Positions 26,231-28,891 of a DNA stretch of 28,891 nucleotides are shown here, one piece after another. The stretch comes from Promethearchaeota archaeon (GTDB taxonomy: Archaea; Asgardarchaeota; Lokiarchaeia; Sigyniarchaeales; SOKP01): assembly GCA_019057865.1 (NCBI GenBank), contig JAHLWP010000043.1, positions 1 through 28,891 of the forward strand. Reading direction: 5' to 3'. The first letter of the stretch is position 1. Each line of letters begins with the position of its first letter. The notes below the pieces were generated by a model. The model worked only from the letters and a program-made list of their open reading frames with translations, had not been told where the DNA came from and searched no databases. The position numbers and the translations under genes were made by a program.

Positions 26231-27228
26231 TTTTAATATCAACAGAAAATAAGACTGTTATTAGATCAAGAGATAATAATAATGAAATAGTGATTTTAAG
26301 AGATATCCCAATCTACAGAGATATAGAAACAGGAAGAGATTTAATTACTTTAAATGATGTTATTAAAGCTGAACAGTTGAGGGTAGCAAAAAAATTTAAT
26401 ATTGATGTTTTTAATATATACGAATTATCATTACTATACGCTGATGTAAGGCAACGAGGGAAAATAATAAAGGAGAAATATAGATTCAATAAAATGTTGT
26501 TTTATCTCTGGAAGGAACTTGAAGATTTATATGGGGAAAATGTTTTAATTTTTGATAATATGGTTTCAGCAGATCAAGGACCAATACCTGCACACCTTGA
26601 AAATGATCTAATATCTCTTCAAAATCAAGACTTAATTGATGTTTTTTTACTTGAAAAAGCAAAAAAAATCCCTGAGAGTAAAAGCAAATGGAAACAATTA
26701 AAAAAGAAAAAAGAAAGTAAAGGAATCCGTCCAGCACTTGCATGTGGTTTTACAAATAAAGGAGAAGAATTGGCTAAAGCTATATGGGTTGATTTAGATT
26801 CAGAAATAAGAGAGACAATATTGAAAGTAAAGGAAAAATTTTATTTCATGAAAACAAAAGATATCAAAAAAAAAGTTCATAAAGAATTTCCTGAATACAG
26901 AAATACTTATTCAAAAGAAGATCGAGAAACCTTTAAATTTTTAATGAAGAAAAAAATAAATAATTTTGAAGTTAAGAAATTAAATAGTTTTCATTTATCT
27001 AAACCATTAAATTTTCAGGTTGATTGGGTAGAAGATGGTCTAATTATTAGTGAATCAACCATACCATTGAATATTGCTTTAAATGATATTTCTGAAGTGA
27101 AATTCGAAATAGATGAATATTTTAAGTTTTTAAAAGAAACATATTACGATGTAGATCCTAAGATATTAGCTCCAGAAGCATTGGAACTAAGAAAAAAACT
27201 AATAAACCTATTAAACTTAGGTGATTGA
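26227..27228 (+). CDS. Multi-domain antitoxin-like protein: zinc-less YgiT/MqsA ribbon, Panacea/SocA (DUF4065-like), HicB-like
   Basis: IVILRDIPIYRDIETG (YgiT-like, no Cys); FNKMLFYL...QGPIP...DLISL...FTNKG (SocA-like); from M240 PLNFQVDWVEDG...FKFLKETY...ALELRKKL (HicB-like). Confidence 0.68.
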   Translation: MILISTENKTVIRSRDNNNEIVILRDIPIYRDIETGRDLITLNDVIKAEQLRVAKKFNIDVFNIYELSLLYADVRQRGKIIKEKYRFNKMLFYLWKELEDLYGENVLIFDNMVSADQGPIPAHLENDLISLQNQDLIDVFLLEKAKKIPESKSKWKQLKKKKESKGIRPALACGFTNKGEELAKAIWVDLDSEIRETILKVKEKFYFMKTKDIKKKVHKEFPEYRNTYSKEDRETFKFLMKKKINNFEVKKLNSFHLSKPLNFQVDWVEDGLIISESTIPLNIALNDISEVKFEIDEYFKFLKETYYDVDPKILAPEALELRKKLINLLNLGD

Positions 27229-27536
27229 CTATAGCATTCAGATCTTTTAAACCAGAACAATGCAGAAAAGCTTTTAGAAATAAAGGTTTTAAAGAAAAAA
27301 AGAAGTCACATCATTATTATTATTATTTAACAGAAGATGGTTTAATTAGAGGGATCTTTACAAAAATTAGCCATACAAATAGAAAATCGATAGGTAAAAC
27401 ATTATTCTCACAAATTGCTAAGGATTTAGGTGTTTCATTTTCATTTCTCCAAGATTTTATAGGTTGTCCCGCAACCTATGAAGATCTATTAAATATTCTA
27501 AGAAAAGATGGTAGATTACAAGACAAACAGAATTAA
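27225..27536 (+). CDS. HicA-like toxin (dsRBD-fold mRNA interferase family)
   Basis: KGF...SHHYYYY...G..TKISH....IG..LFSQIAKDLGVS; TTGA overlap with the upstream gene. Confidence 0.75.
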   Translation: MTIAFRSFKPEQCRKAFRNKGFKEKKKSHHYYYYLTEDGLIRGIFTKISHTNRKSIGKTLFSQIAKDLGVSFSFLQDFIGCPATYEDLLNILRKDGRLQDKQN

Positions 27537-27990
27537 CTAATACTTTTTATATTTTTACAAGAAAAAACACACACTATTTAATGCTTATTTCTAAAAAAAT
27601 TTATGAAAAAACCTGATTATTCTGATTATTATTAACCATTTTATTCTATTCTAAGTTTTTATTCAAATTTGAAATAATAATTATCTTATTTCTTTTTGTT
27701 GACATATATATAGATATAGTTTAAAATGGAGCTATTTTGCTTAGTTTAATTGATTTTTTCTGAAAAAAATAGGTAAAAGTATATAGAAAAAATTTAAGGA
27801 GCTTAAAACAGCTATTTTTTAAAAATTAAATTTAAAAAAATAAGATAAATAGGGAAAAAAATTAGACTTGTTCTTGTTTTTCATTTAAATATATTGGATT
27901 TATTCTATTTTAAAAATTTTTAAAAAATAAAAATCAAAAATTTTGAGGTGAACTAAGATATTTGAGGAAGTCCCTTTCATAGTAGGATTT

Positions 27991-28722
27991 ATGTTTTTTT
28001 CATTTGTTATTTCTTATATCTTATTTAAATATGCCGGTCCACCATTTACTAAGATTGTTCAAGCATTTGCGATTGTTGGTATTATTTTTCATGAATTATG
28101 CCATTTATTTATGTGCTTCATTACTCATACTCCTGTAAGAAAGGTTTCTTTAATAAGAAAAATAGATTCTGAAAATGATAGAACCCATAAATATTATGGA
28201 GAAGTAAAGATTGGCGATACAAGAATATCCTTTCTACAAGCGTTAATAGTAGGATTTGCTCCATTATATATTTCATTTTGGTTGTTTTTCTTTTTGCTAG
28301 ATCAACTTTGCAACACACAAGTTATTCCATGGGTATTTGTTCTTTATATTTTCATTATGGTTTCAATCTCACTGTCAGCTGCTCCTTCCTTTGCAGATCT
28401 AAGGTTAATTCCAACAGCGTTTCAAAATGATATTTCTCATTCATTATATCAAATAATGCTCATAATTCTCGCAATTTCAGCAACTTGGCTTGTCCTTTTC
28501 AGCTATAAAGTCCACACAATTCACGAGCTTTTGACATATTTAATAATAGCAGCATTCTATTTTACCTTTAAATATGGGTTTATCGGGATTGGTATTATTA
28601 AGCACCAGATTAAATTAAGCCATAAACCATATGGAAGTAAGATTAAGTATAGGAAATTTAATCGTCGCAAATATAAACCTCAAAAACCACATAAAATAGG
28701 AATTGAAGAAGCACCTTGGTAG
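27991..28722 (+). CDS. Membrane zinc metalloprotease, M50B/DUF3267-like
   Basis: HELCH (HExxH) in a TM context, GFAPL, APSFADL; several TM helices. Confidence 0.85.
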   Translation: MFFSFVISYILFKYAGPPFTKIVQAFAIVGIIFHELCHLFMCFITHTPVRKVSLIRKIDSENDRTHKYYGEVKIGDTRISFLQALIVGFAPLYISFWLFFFLLDQLCNTQVIPWVFVLYIFIMVSISLSAAPSFADLRLIPTAFQNDISHSLYQIMLIILAISATWLVLFSYKVHTIHELLTYLIIAAFYFTFKYGFIGIGIIKHQIKLSHKPYGSKIKYRKFNRRKYKPQKPHKIGIEEAPW

Positions 28723-28858
28723 ATATCATAGGAATGGAGTGAATAAATATATGGAAGCAGATTTTTGGCAGACAAGAGTAAAAATTACGCAAATTTCATC
28801 TACTTTAGATAAGCAAACAATCCTTAATCCCAGAACAATTAGGAGGAGATAATGTAAG

Positions 28859-28891
28859 ATGGACTTAATAGGATATCATGCTAGAATCAAG
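28859..28891 (+). CDS. Possible 5' end of a gene running off the window (MDLIGYHARIK...)
   Basis: ATG about 10 nt after AGGAGGAG; open to the window end; too short to verify. Confidence 0.3.
   Translation, partial: MDLIGYHARIK

Noticed and set aside
25937-27536. Integrated mobile element around the TA cassette
   Set aside because: No integrase, transposase, terminal repeats or duplicated tRNA end seen
23814-28318. ORFs 23814-24014, 26486-26743 and 28121-28318 (all minus strand)
   Set aside because: Antisense to better-supported genes
28751-28852. 33-aa ORF MEADFWQTRV... after a GGAGTGA motif
   Set aside because: Too short to support; it may be a broken 5' part of the gene leaving the window, which cannot be judged here

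Overview
A very AT-rich archaeal chromosomal segment. The gene content (archaeal r-proteins S17e/L3/L4/L23, class I LysRS, ABCE1, Orc1/Cdc6, TFB paralog, MglA-like small GTPase, stand-alone V4R protein) is most consistent with an Asgard archaeon, probably Lokiarchaeia; this assignment is inference. Four things stand out among the housekeeping genes. (1) A dispersed Tad/Flp-like type IV filament system: an A24 prepilin peptidase coupled to cdc6, an operon of secretion ATPase, pilin-like protein and TadC-like platform, and a canonical bacterial-style Flp pilin about 10 kb away whose mature N-terminus aligns with the leaderless N-terminus of the operon pilin. (2) A candidate replication origin, with two inverted ORB-like 21-mers flanking 141 bp of AT-rich DNA plus 18-bp direct repeats, about 15 kb from cdc6. 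(3) A compact toxin-antitoxin cassette in which one three-domain antitoxin (zinc-less YgiT/MqsA ribbon, Panacea/SocA, HicB-like) lies between two putative toxins; the fusion depends on a single T in a homopolymer. (4) A tRNA-Glu(CTC) with a non-canonical 37-nt intron at position 21/22. I also found a Zn-ribbon gene missed by the ORF track and a frameshifted double zinc ribbon. All family assignments come from motif recognition by eye; no searches were run.
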